From assembly GCA_964016885.1 (NCBI GenBank), contig OZ024741.1, positions 187,922,001 through 187,986,000 on the forward strand: a stretch of 64,000 bases of DNA. Direction: 5' to 3'. The stretch is from Eledone cirrhosa. Taxonomy: Eukaryota. Of this stretch, positions 1-12,422 are shown one piece after another (within the stretch, counting starts at the first letter, position 1; each line of letters begins with the position of its first letter). The translations under genes were made by a program, and so were the position numbers. The notes under the pieces were generated by a model. It ran no database searches. It worked only from the letters and a program-made list of their open reading frames with translations, and had not been told where the DNA came from.

Positions 1-122
1 TATATATATATATATATATATATATAACGGCGATGAATTAGTTTTGCGAGGTTTTTGATATGAAATCGTGTGTCGAAACAAATATTGTAGCGTAGGCATA
101 CAATACAACAGGAGGAAACATA

Positions 123-176
123 ATAGCATCACTGACGATGTTGCAGATGGGCAACGAAAGAACTTTGTTAGACTAT
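123..176 (+). ncRNA. Type I hammerhead ribozyme motif, degenerate stem I, in a Penelope pLTR-like fragment (about 27-362)
   Basis: CTGACGA at 132-138, stem II GTTGC/GCAAC, GAAA at 156-159, then GAACTT. A homolog on the minus strand at 10482-10535 has CTGATGA. Confidence 0.6.
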
Positions 177-360
177 ATATATGTGTTTGTGTCTATATTG
201 TATCTGCATTTTTGACCGTTGGTCAGTCAATAGTAACATTGAGGACCGAATAAATTAAATTAACCGATATAAAAGACACAGAAGCGAAAACCAACCAAAC
301 AGTGAGTGTGTTCTGTTATTAATTCTGGCAATATTATTACACAAATATGACCCTCCCCAA

Positions 361-445
<85 letters not shown>

Positions 446-610
446 TATGTTGAGAAGGTAACACACCAGAGAGAGATATATAGTGCGTTACCAATAATAC
501 AGGGAAAAAACCACCAATGTATGGAATCTATAACCTATGAAAGGCAGACTATAGACACGATAATTAAAAATATAAATTAAAGCGTAAATAAATACCTTTA
601 TAACTATATA

Positions 611-688
611 ACACACGTACAAATCCAAAGATATGTTTCACCAGAAAATTTGTTGAAAGAAATGTAGTCTCGGTTCATCAGCGTGTGT
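611..688 (-). ncRNA. Type I hammerhead ribozyme, complete
   Basis: Minus strand reads ACACACG-CUGAUGA-ACC...GGU-GAAAC-AUAUC-UUUG-GAUUU-GUA-CGUGUGU. Stem I has 7 perfect pairs, stem III is extended, and the cleavage triplet is GUA. Confidence 0.85.
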
Positions 689-894
689 AAGGCTATACAT
701 TTCAGACAACACTAAGAGAATTTTACAATTGACTGTCCAGCTACACGTGGGAGAGAGAAGTCACAGCGTGTTTAAGGGCAGTGAACCAGTGGCCTCTGCG
801 AGACGAACTGCTAGAAAGGGCAGCCCAAAGCCACTCAGAGAAGAGTGCCCAACCAAACAGAGATAGGAAAGACTGTTGTTAGGCGTTAATTTAT

Positions 895-993
<99 letters not shown>

Positions 994-1197
994 TATATAT
1001 ATATAATATAATATATATAATATATATATATAATATATATATATATAATATATATATATATATAATATATATATATAATATATATATATAATATATATAT
1101 ATATAATATATGGAAAGTTATATTTAAATTGTTGGGTTACAACTAGTAAATATTAATAACTGATATAAAAGCACTCGACAAGTATTTGGAGTATATT

Positions 1198-1472
1198 TAC
1201 GATATTAAATAAATGGAAACTATATTTATAAAACCATATTTATTTCGTTATATATATTTCAGGGATATCATATTAACAATATGACTGCCAATTCAACTTT
1301 TCAAATACAAGACGATGTTGTACGGTATGTCAAATCTATTTATCTATAAAACTGTTTATATTGTATTTTGTCTGAGGAAGGCATAGCATATTGTTAATAT
1401 GATATCCCTGAAATATATATAACGAAATAAATATGGTTTTATAAATATAGTTTCCATTTATTTAATATCGTA
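1198..1472. mobile_element. Inverted-repeat Penelope (Neptune-type) pLTR fragment
   Basis: Arms about 1198-1288 and 1381-1472 are reverse complements. The 3' end AAATAAATATGGTTTTATAAATATAGTTTCCATTTA is shared with the Neptune element end near 44810-44850. Confidence 0.8.
1364..1429 (+). ncRNA. Type I hammerhead ribozyme
   Basis: TATTTTGT-CTGAGGA (1372-1378), stem II, GAAA (1410-1413), TATAT-ATA, ACGAAATA. Stem I pairs with one G-U. Confidence 0.75.
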
Positions 1473-1509
1473 TATATATAATATATATATTATATATATA
1501 TATATATAC

Positions 1510-1554
<45 letters not shown>

Positions 1555-1590
1555 CATTTATATATATATATATATAATATATATAATATA

Positions 1591-1669
<79 letters not shown>

Positions 1670-1671
1670 GT

Positions 1672-1732
<61 letters not shown>

Positions 1733-1866
1733 TAAATGTAATCCGAGTTTTTCGAATATTAATAATAACATTCGATTCGTTTGCAATTATGCAAACACGC
1801 CTCAATTTTATAGCCATGTCAGTAGAATGAACACTTCATTCTTGCTCTTATGTTGGCATGCGAACA

Positions 1867-1916
1867 GAACTGCAGACACTAATGTTTCTGGGTATTACCC
1901 TTCATCAGTACAGCTC
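1867..1916 (-). ncRNA. Type I hammerhead ribozyme
   Basis: GAGCUGUA-CUGAUGA-A-GGGUA-A-UACCC-A-GAAAC-AUUAGU-GUC-UGCAGUUC, with an 8-bp stem I and a GUC triplet. Confidence 0.8.
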
Positions 1917-1998
1917 ACTGTTCACCTGCCAAACTGTCAGAGCTAGTTGAAAATAGCATATATTTTCACTAGCTCTGACAGTTTGGCAGGTAAATAGT

Positions 1999-2049
1999 GA
2001 ACTGTACTGATGAAGGGTAATACCCAGAAACATTAGTGTCCTGCAGTTC
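1999..2049 (+). ncRNA. Type I hammerhead ribozyme, mirror copy with one extra C after GUC
   Basis: GAACTGTA-CTGATGA (2007-2013)-AGGGTAATACCCA-GAAAC-ATTAGT-GTC-C-TGCAGTTC. Confidence 0.75.
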
Positions 2050-2198
2050 TGTTCGCATGCCAACATAAGAGCAAGAATGAAGTGTTCATTCTACTGACAT
2101 GGCTATAAAATTGAGGCGTGTTTGCATAATTGCAAACGAATCGAATGTTATTATTAATATTCGAAAAACTCGGATTACATTTATATATATATATATAT

Positions 2199-2236
<38 letters not shown>

Positions 2237-2559
2237 TCTCTATGCGTTTTTTTCTTTCCATAAAGTAAGATTTGCAGAGCTCCAAATATTTTCAGAATTA
2301 CGACATTTTGGAATATCTAATTCTATATAATAATGGAAACGGTATTACTTGCATTTCAACATAAGTCCTTAAATAGAACAGTTAACAAAGTCAACCTGGA
2401 TATAGGAACGTTGCAATGTAGATGGGAAGGTGAGGGGGGGTTTCTGGGAGGAAGAGTGGGTCTCTGGGAAAAAGTGGGGGTGGGCAGTTTATAGAAAATC
2501 TGTTGATCATTTGGCGGGTGAGACAATTCTCCAGAGTAAAATGTAACCTTGGTTTGAGA

Positions 2560-2836
2560 TAAAGAGAGAGAGGGGGTGAGAGAGCGAAGCGTGGAGGAAG
2601 AGAGAGAGAGAAGCGTGGGGGGAGGGGAGGGGGAGGAGAAGCGTAGGGAGAGAGAGAGAGAAGCGTAGAGAGAGAGAGAGAGAAGCGTAGGAGAGAGAGA
2701 GAGGAGGAGAGAGAGAGAAGAGGAGAGAGAGATAGAAGTGTGGGGGGAAAAGAAAAAGAGGTGAAGTGGCAGAGAAGGAAGTGTATGAGAGAGAGGAATG
2801 GAGGCAGAAGAAGAGAGGTCGGTAGAGTGAGAAAAG

Positions 2837-2902
<66 letters not shown>

Positions 2903-3262
2903 TGAGAAAGAGTGATTAGGAAGGAAGAGGAAGCGAGAAAAATAAATAGATATATTGAGAGTTTAAGAGAGATAAAGAGAGACAGTGTGACTGGAGACGA
3001 TAGAGAAAGAAGAGACAAAGAGGGAGATGATAGGTACAGAGGGGAAGAAGGAAAAGGAGAAATGGAGGTGGAGAAGGTGATAGAGAGAGTGGTTGAATAG
3101 AAGAAAGGAGAGGAAAAGAGGGAAGAGAAAGAAAGATATAGCGGGAGGGAGAGATGAGAAGAGAGAGAATGAGAAGAAGAGAGATGGGGGGGGGGGGGTG
3201 AGAAGAACAGATAGGGAAGAGAGTGGTGGTGAAATTGAAGGAAATAGAAGGAGAGTGAAAGA
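2560..3262. repeat. Purine-rich (GA)n low-complexity tract, followed by a degenerate (TA)n array to about 3840
   Basis: Seen directly in the sequence. Confidence 0.9.
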
Positions 3263-3452
3263 AATATATACACACTGTGTATATATATATATATATAGTA
3301 TATATATATATAGTATATATATATATTATACACACATATATATATACGGTATATATATATATATTATATATATTATATATATATATATTATAATATATAT
3401 ATACAGTATATATATATATATATACACCGTACATATGTATGTATATACACAG

Positions 3453-3489
<37 letters not shown>

Positions 3490-3532
3490 TTATGTATGTA
3501 TGTATATATATATATACGGTATATATATATAC

Positions 3533-3573
<41 letters not shown>

Positions 3574-3609
3574 TATATATATATACAGTATATACATATA
3601 TATACAATA

Positions 3610-3674
<65 letters not shown>

Positions 3675-3708
3675 TATATACAAATATATACAGTATATAT
3701 ATATAAAG

Positions 3709-3742
<34 letters not shown>

Positions 3743-3743
3743 G

Positions 3744-3805
<62 letters not shown>

Positions 3806-4134
3806 CATTATATATATATACACACACATACACATACACAGAGGTGGGAAAGAGAGAAAGCCAGGGTGATGAGGTAAAAAGTAAAACCCGCAAACTTTTA
3901 CAATCCCTTTGGTTTATTTTGGTAAGCAGTCTCTTGGGAGAGAAAGAGAAGGGGGTATTAAATATAGAAAAATATTTTGCTATAGAATAGAAATAAAAAA
4001 CGGGGAGTCACGAAGTCCCTTCGGCTTTCCATGTAAATATGTTCAGGGATTTTTAAAATAATATACGTAAAGAAGATTCAGATTGAATTGTATCTATTGT
4101 GTTATTGGGGCTTATTCAATTTCCTTATCCACTG

Positions 4135-4636
4135 TTGTTGATGATGATTATGTTGATAGTGATGTTTATGTTGATAGTGATGATTATGTCGATGATGATG
4201 ATTATTTTGATGATGATGGTTATGTTGATGAATATGATTATGTTGATGGTGATGATTATGTTGATGGTGATGATTATGTTGATGAATATGATTATGTTGA
4301 TAATGATGATTATGTTGATGGTGATGATTATGTTGATGATGATGATTATGTTGATAATGATGATTATGTTGATAATGATGATTATGTTGATAATGATGGT
4401 TATGTTGATGGTGATGATTATGTTGATGATGATGATGATAATGATTGTTGATAATGATGATTATATTGATAATGATGGTTATGTTGATGATGATGATTAT
4501 GTTGATGGTGATGATTATGTTGATGATGATGGTTATGTTGATGATGATGGTTATGTTGATGATGATCATGATTATGTTGATGATGGTGTTTATGTTGATG
4601 ATGATTATTTTGATGATGATGGTTATGTTGATGATG
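4135..4636. repeat. 18-bp minisatellite GATGATTATGTTGATRRT
   Basis: Tandem units seen directly. Confidence 0.9.
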
Positions 4637-4699
4637 TTTTATTTATTGTTATTACTAGTGTTGCTTTTGTTGGTGGTGATGATGATGATAATATTGCTG

Positions 4700-7431
4700 C
4701 TGTTGTTGCTGTTATTGTTGTTACTGTTATTGTTGTTGCTGTTATTGTTGTTACTGTTATTGTTGTTGCTGTTATCGTTGTTGCTGTTATTGTTGTTGCT
4801 GTTATTGTTGTTGCTGTTATTGTTGTTGTTGTTATTGTTGTTGCTGTTATTGTTGTTGCTGTTATTGTTGTTGCTGTTATTGTTGTTGCTGTTATTGTTG
4901 TTGTTGTTATTGTTGTTGCTGTTATTGTTGTTGCTGTTATTGTTGTTGCTGTTATTGTTATTGCTGTTATTATTGTTGCTGTTATTGTTGTTGCTGTTAT
5001 TGTTGTTGCTGTTATTGTTGTTGCTGTTATTGTTGTTGCTGTTATTGTTGTTGCTGTTATTGTTGTTGCTGTTATTGTTATTGCTGTTATTATTGTTGCT
5101 GTTATTGTTGTTGCTGTTATTGTTGTTGCTGTTATTGTTGTTGCTGTTATTGTTATTGCTGTTATTATTGTTGCTGTTATTGTTGTTGCTGTTATTGTTG
5201 TTGCTGTTATTGTTGTTGCTGTTATTGTTGTTGCTGTTATTGTTGTTGCTGTTATTGTTGTTGCTGTTATTGTTGTTGCTGTTATTGTTGTTGCTGTTAT
5301 TGTTGATACTGTTATTGTTATTGCTGTTATTATTGTTGCTGTTATTGTTGTTGCTGTTATTGTTGTTGCTGTTATTGTTGTTGCTGTTATTGTTGTTGCT
5401 GTTATTGTTGTTGCTGTTATTGTTGTTGCTGTTATTGTTGTTGCTGTTATTGTTGTTGCTGTTATTGTTGTTGCTGTTATTGTTGTTGCTGTTATTGTTG
5501 ATACTGTTATTGTTGTTGCTGTTATTGTTGTTGCTGTTATTGTTGATACTGTTATTGTTGTTGCTGTTATTGTTGTTGCTGTTATTGTTGATACTGTTAT
5601 TGTTGTTGCTGTTATTGTTGTTGCTGTTATTGTTGATACTGTTATTGTTGTTGCTGTTATTGTTGTTGCTGTTATTGTTGATACTGTTATTGTTGTTGCT
5701 GTTATTGTTGATACTGTTATTGTTGTTGCTGTTATTGTTGATACTGTTATTGTTGTTGCTGTTATTGTTGTTGCTGTTATTGTTGATACTGTTATTGTTG
5801 ATACTGTTATTGTTGTTGCTGTTACTGTTGATACTGTTATTGTTGTTGCTGTTATTGTTGATACTGTTATTGTTGATACTGTTATTGTTGTTGCTGTTAT
5901 TGTTGTTACTGTTATTGTTGTTGCTGTTATTGTTGATACTGTTATTGTTGATACTGTTATTGTTGTTGCTGTTATTGTTGATACTGTTATTGTTGTTGCT
6001 GTTATTGTTGATACTGTTATTGTTGTTGCTGTTATTGTTGTTACTGTTATTGTTGTTGCTGTTATTGTTGTTACTGTTATTGTTGATACTGTTATTGTTG
6101 ATACTGTTATTGTTGTTGCTGTTATTGTTGATACTGTTATTGTTGTTGCTGTTATTGTTGATACTGTTATTGTTGTTGCTGTTATTGTTGATACTGTTAT
6201 TGTTGATACTGTTATTGTTGTTGCTGTTATTGTTGTTACTGTTATTGTTGTTGCTGTTATTGTTGATACTGTTATTGTTGATACTGTTATTGTTGTTGCT
6301 GTTATTGTTGTTGCTGTTATTGTTGATACTGTTATTGTTGTTGCTGTTATTGTTGTTACTGTTATTGTTGTTGCTGTTATTGTTGTTACTGTTATTGTTG
6401 ATACTGTTATTGTTGTTGCTGTTATTGTTGTTGCTGTTATTGTTGTTGCTGTTATTGTTGATACTGTTATTGTTGATACTGTTATTGTTGATACTGTTAT
6501 TGTTGTTGCTGTTATTGTTGTTGCTGTTATTGTTGATACTGTTATTGTTGATACTGTTATTGTTGTTGCTGTTATTGTTGATACTGTTATTGTTGATACT
6601 GTTATTGTTGTTGCTGTTATTGTTGATACTGTTATTGTTGTTGCTGTTATTGTTGATACTGTTATTGTTGTTGCTGTTATTGTTGATACTGTTATTGTTG
6701 ATACTGTTATTGTTGATACTGTTATTGTTGTTGCTGTTATTGTTGTTGCTGTTATTGTTGATACTGTTATTGTTGATACTGTTATTGTTGTTGCTGTTAT
6801 TGTTGTTACTGTTATTGTTGTTGCTGTTATTGTTGTTGCTGTTATTGTTGTTGCTGTTATTGTTGTTACTGTTATTGTTGTTGCTGTTATTGTTGTTGCT
6901 GTTATTGTTGTTGCTGTTATTGTTGTTACTGTTATTGTTGATACTGTTATTGTTCTTGCTGTTATTGTTCTTGCTGTTATTGTTCTTGCTGTTATTGTTG
7001 TTGCTGTTATTGTTGATACTGTTATTGTTCTTGCTGTTATTGTTCTTGCTGTTATTGTTCTTGCTGTTATTGTTGTTGCTGTTATTGTTGATACTGTTAT
7101 TGTTCTTGCTGTTATTGTTCTTGCTGTTATTGTTCTTGCTGTTATTGTTGTTGCTGTTATTGTTGATACTGTTATTGTTCTTGCTGTTATTGTTGTTGCT
7201 GTTATTGTTCTTGCTGTTATTGTTGTTGCTGTTATTGTTCTTGCTGTTATTGTTCTTGCTGTTATTGTTGTTGCTGTTATTGTTGATACTGTTATTGTTC
7301 TTGCTGTTATTGTTCTTGCTGTTATTGTTCTTGCTGTTATTGTTGTTGCTGTTATTGTTGATACTGTTATTGTTCTTGCTGTTATTGTTCTTGCTGTTAT
7401 TGTTCTTGCTGTTATTGTTGATACTGTTATT
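4700..7431. repeat. 15-bp minisatellite GTTATTGTTGTTGCT, about 2.7 kb, with variant units
   Basis: Uninterrupted 15-nt phase. Variant units end in GATACT, GTTACT or CTTGCT. Confidence 0.97.
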
Positions 7432-7666
7432 GGTGTTTGCGTTGTGGCTATTATTGTTAGTTTTTATTGTTGTTGATGGTGGTGGTGGTGGAGGTGGCGG
7501 TGGTGGAGGTCGTCATCTTAGTGTTAATGTTGAAGTTGTTGTTGTTGTTGTTGCTGTTTTGTTGTTGGCATTGGTGTTATTGTTTTCATTTAGTGAGGGG
7601 TAGAAACAAAGTGACTGAGAGAGTAAAAGGAAATGAAATAGCTGAGAGAGGGTGAGAGAGAGAGTA

Positions 7667-8252
7667 ATAATTGTTTCTAATTTTGGCACAAGGCCAGCAA
7701 TTGCACCAATGTATTACTGGTACTTTATGTTATCAACCCCGTAAGGATGAAAGGCAAAGTTAACCTCGGTGGGATTTGAACTCAGACCATAAAGGGTCGT
7801 CACTCTTTGCTGCAAAGCATGGCGTCCGACCCTCTACCGATACTCCCAATCCACGTAATAATTGTTTCTACTTTTGGCACAAGGCCAGAAATTACCCCAG
7901 TGTATTACTGGTGCTTTATGTTATCGACCCCGTAAGGATGAAAGGCAAAGTTAACCTCAGCGGGATTTGAACTCATAATGTACAGGGACGTAACTATGAT
8001 GGAAAGCATGGCGTACGACCCTCCACCGATACTGCCAATTCACCGCCCTAATAATGTAATAATTGTTTCTACTTTTGGCACAAGGCCAGCAATTATCCCA
8101 GTGCATTACTGGTACTTTATTTTATCGATCCCGTAAGGATGAAAGGCAAAGTTAACCTCGGCGTGATTTGAACTCAGAATGACAAGGGACGTAACTCTAT
8201 CCGTCAAAGCATGGCGTCCGACCCTCTACCGATACTGCCAATCCTCCACTGC
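7667..8252 (-). mobile_element. Three tandem copies of tRNA-derived SINE family A (octopus OR-like)
   Basis: The minus strand has A-box-like TGGCAGTATCGG, B-box GAGTTCAAATCC, core CTTTGCCTTTCATCCTTACGGGGTCGATAAAATAAAGTACCAG and tail GCTGGCCTTGTGCCAAAAGTAGAAACAATTA. Confidence 0.9.
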
Positions 8253-8608
8253 TAATAATGTAATAATTGTTTGAGACTAAAACAGAATGAAAGAGGGTAA
8301 GAATGAGGTAGAGAGGGCAAGAATAAAATAAAGTGATAGAGAAAAAAATGAAATGAAGAGTAAGATGGACGGAGACAAAGAGCGAGAGAGAAAATGAGGA
8401 AAAGGAGAGCAAGAGAGATAGAAAGGATCTTATATAAAGAGAGCGGGGAGTGAGACACAGCGACATGATGGGAATAAAAGGAAAGCGAGAAAAGAGTTCC
8501 ACAGTTTTAAAAAAGGGCAGAAAAGGGAAGAGCCTAGTTACAGGTTAGCCTTTTATCAGTAAAAAGAGTGAAGCAAAACCAGAGGACAAAAGATGGAGAG
8601 AAAGTAAA

Positions 8609-8794
8609 ATAATTGTTTCAACTTTTGGCTCAAGACCAGCAATTGCCCCGGTGCATTGCTGGTGCTTTATTTATCGACTCTGTAAAGATGAAAGGCAAAG
8701 CTAACCTCGGCGGGATTTGAACTCAGAACGTAAAGGGTCATAACTCTATGCTGCAAAGCATGGTGTCTGACACGCTACCGGTATTGCCAATCCA
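8609..8794 (-). mobile_element. SINE family A
   Basis: Same consensus as 7667-8252. Confidence 0.9.
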
Positions 8795-9181
8795 CGAGGA
8801 TGAAAGAGAAAAGAAGGGCCAGAGCCAACATCAAGAACATCATAAACGAAAGACACCACTGCTCGCAGCTACGAAAAAGGTTGAAAAACTTCGCTTCGTA
8901 TTCAGTATCAGAAGCCGCTAACTCGAGACCCCCTCCCAAGGTTGTAACCAATAGTACCATCTCATTGTCTTGTAACATTGAGAAATATGCGAACTACATT
9001 GTCGGGGACATTGGAAAGAGCTCACCCACCCCACATAAGACAGACAAAGACCCTATAAGGAAAAGTGCATCGAAAAGGAATGTGAATAGAAATACGCCAA
9101 GATGAGGTCATCGTATCCTGAGAAGTTATAGAATTCACAGTGCCCCATAGAATCAACGAAGAACTGTTAAATGAACTAGAT

Positions 9182-9723
9182 CAGAGGTTGTCAACCTTTT
9201 TGGGGCCACCGACTCCTCACGGCCACGTAATAACCTCAGCACTCCACCCCTATTTCCAGAGAGACCTGCCTACACGCAAATTGTAAATAATTGTTTCTAC
9301 TTTTGGCACAAGGCCAGCAATTATCCCAGTACATTACTGGTACTTTATTTTATCGAACCCGTAAGGATGAAAGGTAAAGTTAACCTCAGCTGGATTTGAA
9401 CTCAGACTATAAAGGGACGTAACTCTATGCTGCAAAGCATGGTATCCGACCTTCTACTGATACTGCCAATCCCCCATATTGCAAACTGTAAATAATATAT
9501 AATAAAATCGTTAATTTATATATGATAAATAATACAATTAAATACTATGTATAAATAAGTATTTTATATTGTTTCTTTTACTATATTTATATATAGTATG
9601 TATCTTTGATATTTAATATACTATTATATCATCTCTACCTTTAGGTGGCCCCCTTGACCTTCTCACCACCACCCCACTCGCCTCCGGGGGGGGGGGCAGT
9701 AACGCCCACTTTGAGAACCTCTG
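9182..9723. mobile_element. Non-autonomous hAT element with a nested SINE A (about 9286-9476)
   Basis: TIRs CAGAGGTTGTCAA / TTGAGAACCTCTG. Perfect 8-bp TSD AACTAGAT at 9174-9181 and 9724-9731. Confidence 0.88.
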
Positions 9724-9825
9724 AACTAGATGAAGTGAAATAAAAAGTGCAGGCTGAGAAAGAAATCACATGTGTGACATACAAGCGATAAACAATAAAA
9801 ACTATATTATATTGGTTTACAGGCA

Positions 9826-9980
9826 GTTTATACAGTGATTTGGTAGAGTCATTAGAACGTTGGACAGAATGCTTTGCAGTATTCGTTCTGCTTATCTGCT
9901 CTCAGAGTTCAAATCCTACCAAAGTTAACTTTGTTTTTAGAGGTTGATAAATAATTTACCAGTCCAGTACTGGAGCCGAT
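9826..9980 (+). mobile_element. Old diverged SINE A-related copy
   Basis: GAGTTCAAATCC B-box and degenerate core. Confidence 0.7.
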
Positions 9981-10028
<48 letters not shown>

Positions 10029-10235
10029 TGTATGTGTATAGTGTAGGTAGTATGGTGAAATACTGGTGTTGGTACCAAATCAAGCACTCTATGCACAGGC
10101 AGAGTGTATATAATGGAAAAAACGAGGAAGTTTCGTTTAAATATGAAAAATATTTATTGTATATCGACCTGTTGCGCGCGTTTCGCAGAGGATTGGCTCA
10201 AGGTTACCCATAGGAGTGATATATATATATATATG

Positions 10236-10703
10236 ACGGCGATGAATTTGTTTTGCGAAGTTTTTGATATGAAATCGAGTCTCGAAACAAATATTGTTAT
10301 AGTTGGGAGGGTCATATTGTTGTAACAATATTGCCAGAAATAATAACAGAACACACTCACTGTTTGGTTGGTTTTCACTTCTGTATCTTTTATATCTCCA
10401 TAGTTAATTTATTTGGCCATCAACGTTTATTACTGACTGACCAACGGTCAAAAATACAGATATAAATATATATATAAATATATAGTCTAACAAAGTTCTT
10501 TCGTTGCACATCTGCAACATCATCAGTGGTACTATTATCATGTTTCCCCTGTTGTATTGTCTATTGTAATATCTACGCCATTTTTATTTTATGGAGATAT
10601 AAAAGACGCAGAAGCGAAAACCAACCAAGCAGTGAGTGTGTTCTGTTATCATTTCTGGCAATATTATTACAATAATATGACCCTCCCCAAGTACAACAAT
10701 ATT
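10236..10703. mobile_element. Rearranged pLTR-like element with about 110-bp inverted repeats and an HHR (minus, 10482-10535)
   Basis: Homologous to 27-362. Arms at about 10290-10403 and 10590-10703. The minus strand reads CTGATGA-T-GTTGCA-GATG-TGCAAC-GAAAGAACTT. Confidence 0.75.
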
Positions 10704-10767
10704 TCTATATATATATATCACTCCCATCTCTCTCTGTCTCTTTCTCTCTCTCTCTCTCTCACTCCCA

Positions 10768-10843
<76 letters not shown>

Positions 10844-10847
10844 CTCT

Positions 10848-10898
<51 letters not shown>

Positions 10899-11359
10899 TT
10901 GGAAGAAATCGAGTATGTTCAAACCTGGAGAGCCAACGAATGATGTGTGTCACGATCACCCCCCCCCCTACGACTCCATCTAGAGTTACGTGTCCATACA
11001 TACACACGTTAACTACTAGAGGGATGTGAACCCTTTCTTACGGGAACATTCGGGGCCAATAATTTTTAGTTGTTGTGGAGGACACTGAAGAGCAAAGTGA
11101 TCTCGCTGATAGCTTCTCATTTGTGTCAGAGTGGCATGCCTCTACGCGCGTGCGTGCGTGCGTGCGTGTGTGTTTGTGTGTTTGTGTGTGTCTGCGCGCA
11201 CACATGTTTGTATTCATTTATTTTGTGTAGCTATAAAAGTTTAATATACCCTAATATATTATATAATACCTTTGACCCTCACCTTGTTTATATATTACTG
11301 TATGTACCCACACATTGTTGTTGTTTTGTAACACCTTTGTAATAGGTTTTCTGAATATA

Positions 11360-11958
11360 TTGGTTTCTTATATAGGCACAAGGCCAGCAATTTTGAGGGA
11401 GGGGAAAGTCGATGATTAAATCGACCTCAGTGCGTGACTGGTACTTTATTTTATCGACCCCGTAAGGATGAAAGGCAAAGTTAACCCCGGCGGGATTTGA
11501 ACTCAGAATGCCAAGGGCCGTAACTCTTTGCTGCAAAGCATAGCGTCCGACACTCTACCGATACTGCCAATCCACCGTATATACTAATGGGTCCTTACTG
11601 CAGTAAAAGAAAAACAGAGTTCATATCCCGCCGAGGATCAACTTTGGCTTTTATCCTTCCGGGGTTGATAGAATAAACTACTACGATCGGTAGAATTGAT
11701 TGTTCCTCCCAGCCCCACTGCCAAAAACCTTGCTGGCCTTGTGCCTAAAGTAGAAACAATTATTATAGCTGGATTGGCAGCACCGGTAGAGGGTCGAACG
11801 CCATGCTTTCCAGCATAGAGTTACGTCCCTTTGCTGTCTGAGTTCAAATCCCGCCGAGGTTAACTTTGTCTTTCATCCTTACGGGGTCGATAAAATAAAG
11901 TACCAGTAATACACTGAGAAAATTGCTGGCCTTGTGCCAAATATAGAAACAATTATTA
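11360..11958. mobile_element. SINE A cluster (11360-11577 minus; 11610-11765 plus, partial; 11770-11958 plus)
   Basis: Matches the SINE A consensus. Confidence 0.88.
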
Positions 11959-12099
11959 TACCTTGATTACTGTTGTTCCTGCTGGGGTTTTCATCGCAGT
12001 ACTCTAAGTAGCACAACAAGGCAGTGAGGGGCCAGTTGGACACGGGCGACACTTTTATCGGGACAACACTTTTAACTCTGTTGTATAAATATATATACG

Positions 12100-12422
12100 C
12101 CATGGTTTCCCAAACTTTTTCAAACGTGGAACCTTTCTTTTGGAGGAACCCCAAAGTCTAATACTGTCGTTATCTGAATATACTCCTCGACCATTTTTAA
12201 CGAAACCCCGGACACTCCTTTATGGAACCCCAAACACTCCTTTAGGGAACCCCAGACACTCCTTTAAGGAACTGCAGACACTCCTTTAGGGAACTTCAGG
12301 CACTCCTTTAGGGAACCTCAGGCACTCCTTTAGGGAACCCCAGACATTTCTTTAGGGAACTCCAGACACTCCTTTAGGGAACCCCAGACGCTTCTTTACG
12401 GAACCCACTTTGGGAACCACTG
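12100..12422. mobile_element. hAT-like MITE with an internal 22-bp tandem repeat
   Basis: Ends resemble CAGTGGTTCCCAAA in inverted orientation. About 9 copies of GACACTCCTTTAGGGAACCCCA at about 12205-12407. Confidence 0.7.

Larger units (their letters stand above)
1733..2183. mobile_element. About 450 bp near-perfect palindrome (head-to-head pLTR-like arms) inside (TA)n
   Basis: Arms of about 220 bp are reverse complements around an axis near 1957. Each arm carries an HHR. A related copy lies at 54237-54577. Confidence 0.85.

Noticed and set aside
4099-7603. ORFs of 1125 and 1052 aa
   Set aside because: Translations of 18-bp and 15-bp tandem repeats that lack stops; no domain or unique coding flank.
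10165-10215. Minus-strand GAAACGCGCGCA HHR 3' half
   Set aside because: Triplet is GCA and the 5' core is missing; counted only as a fragment.
11065-11150. Possible exon after TTTTAG, and a CTGAAGA motif
   Set aside because: No clear donor or homology, and no GAAA core.
12205-12407. 22-bp repeat array as CRISPR-like
   Set aside because: No unique spacers; it is an internal tandem repeat of a MITE in eukaryotic DNA.
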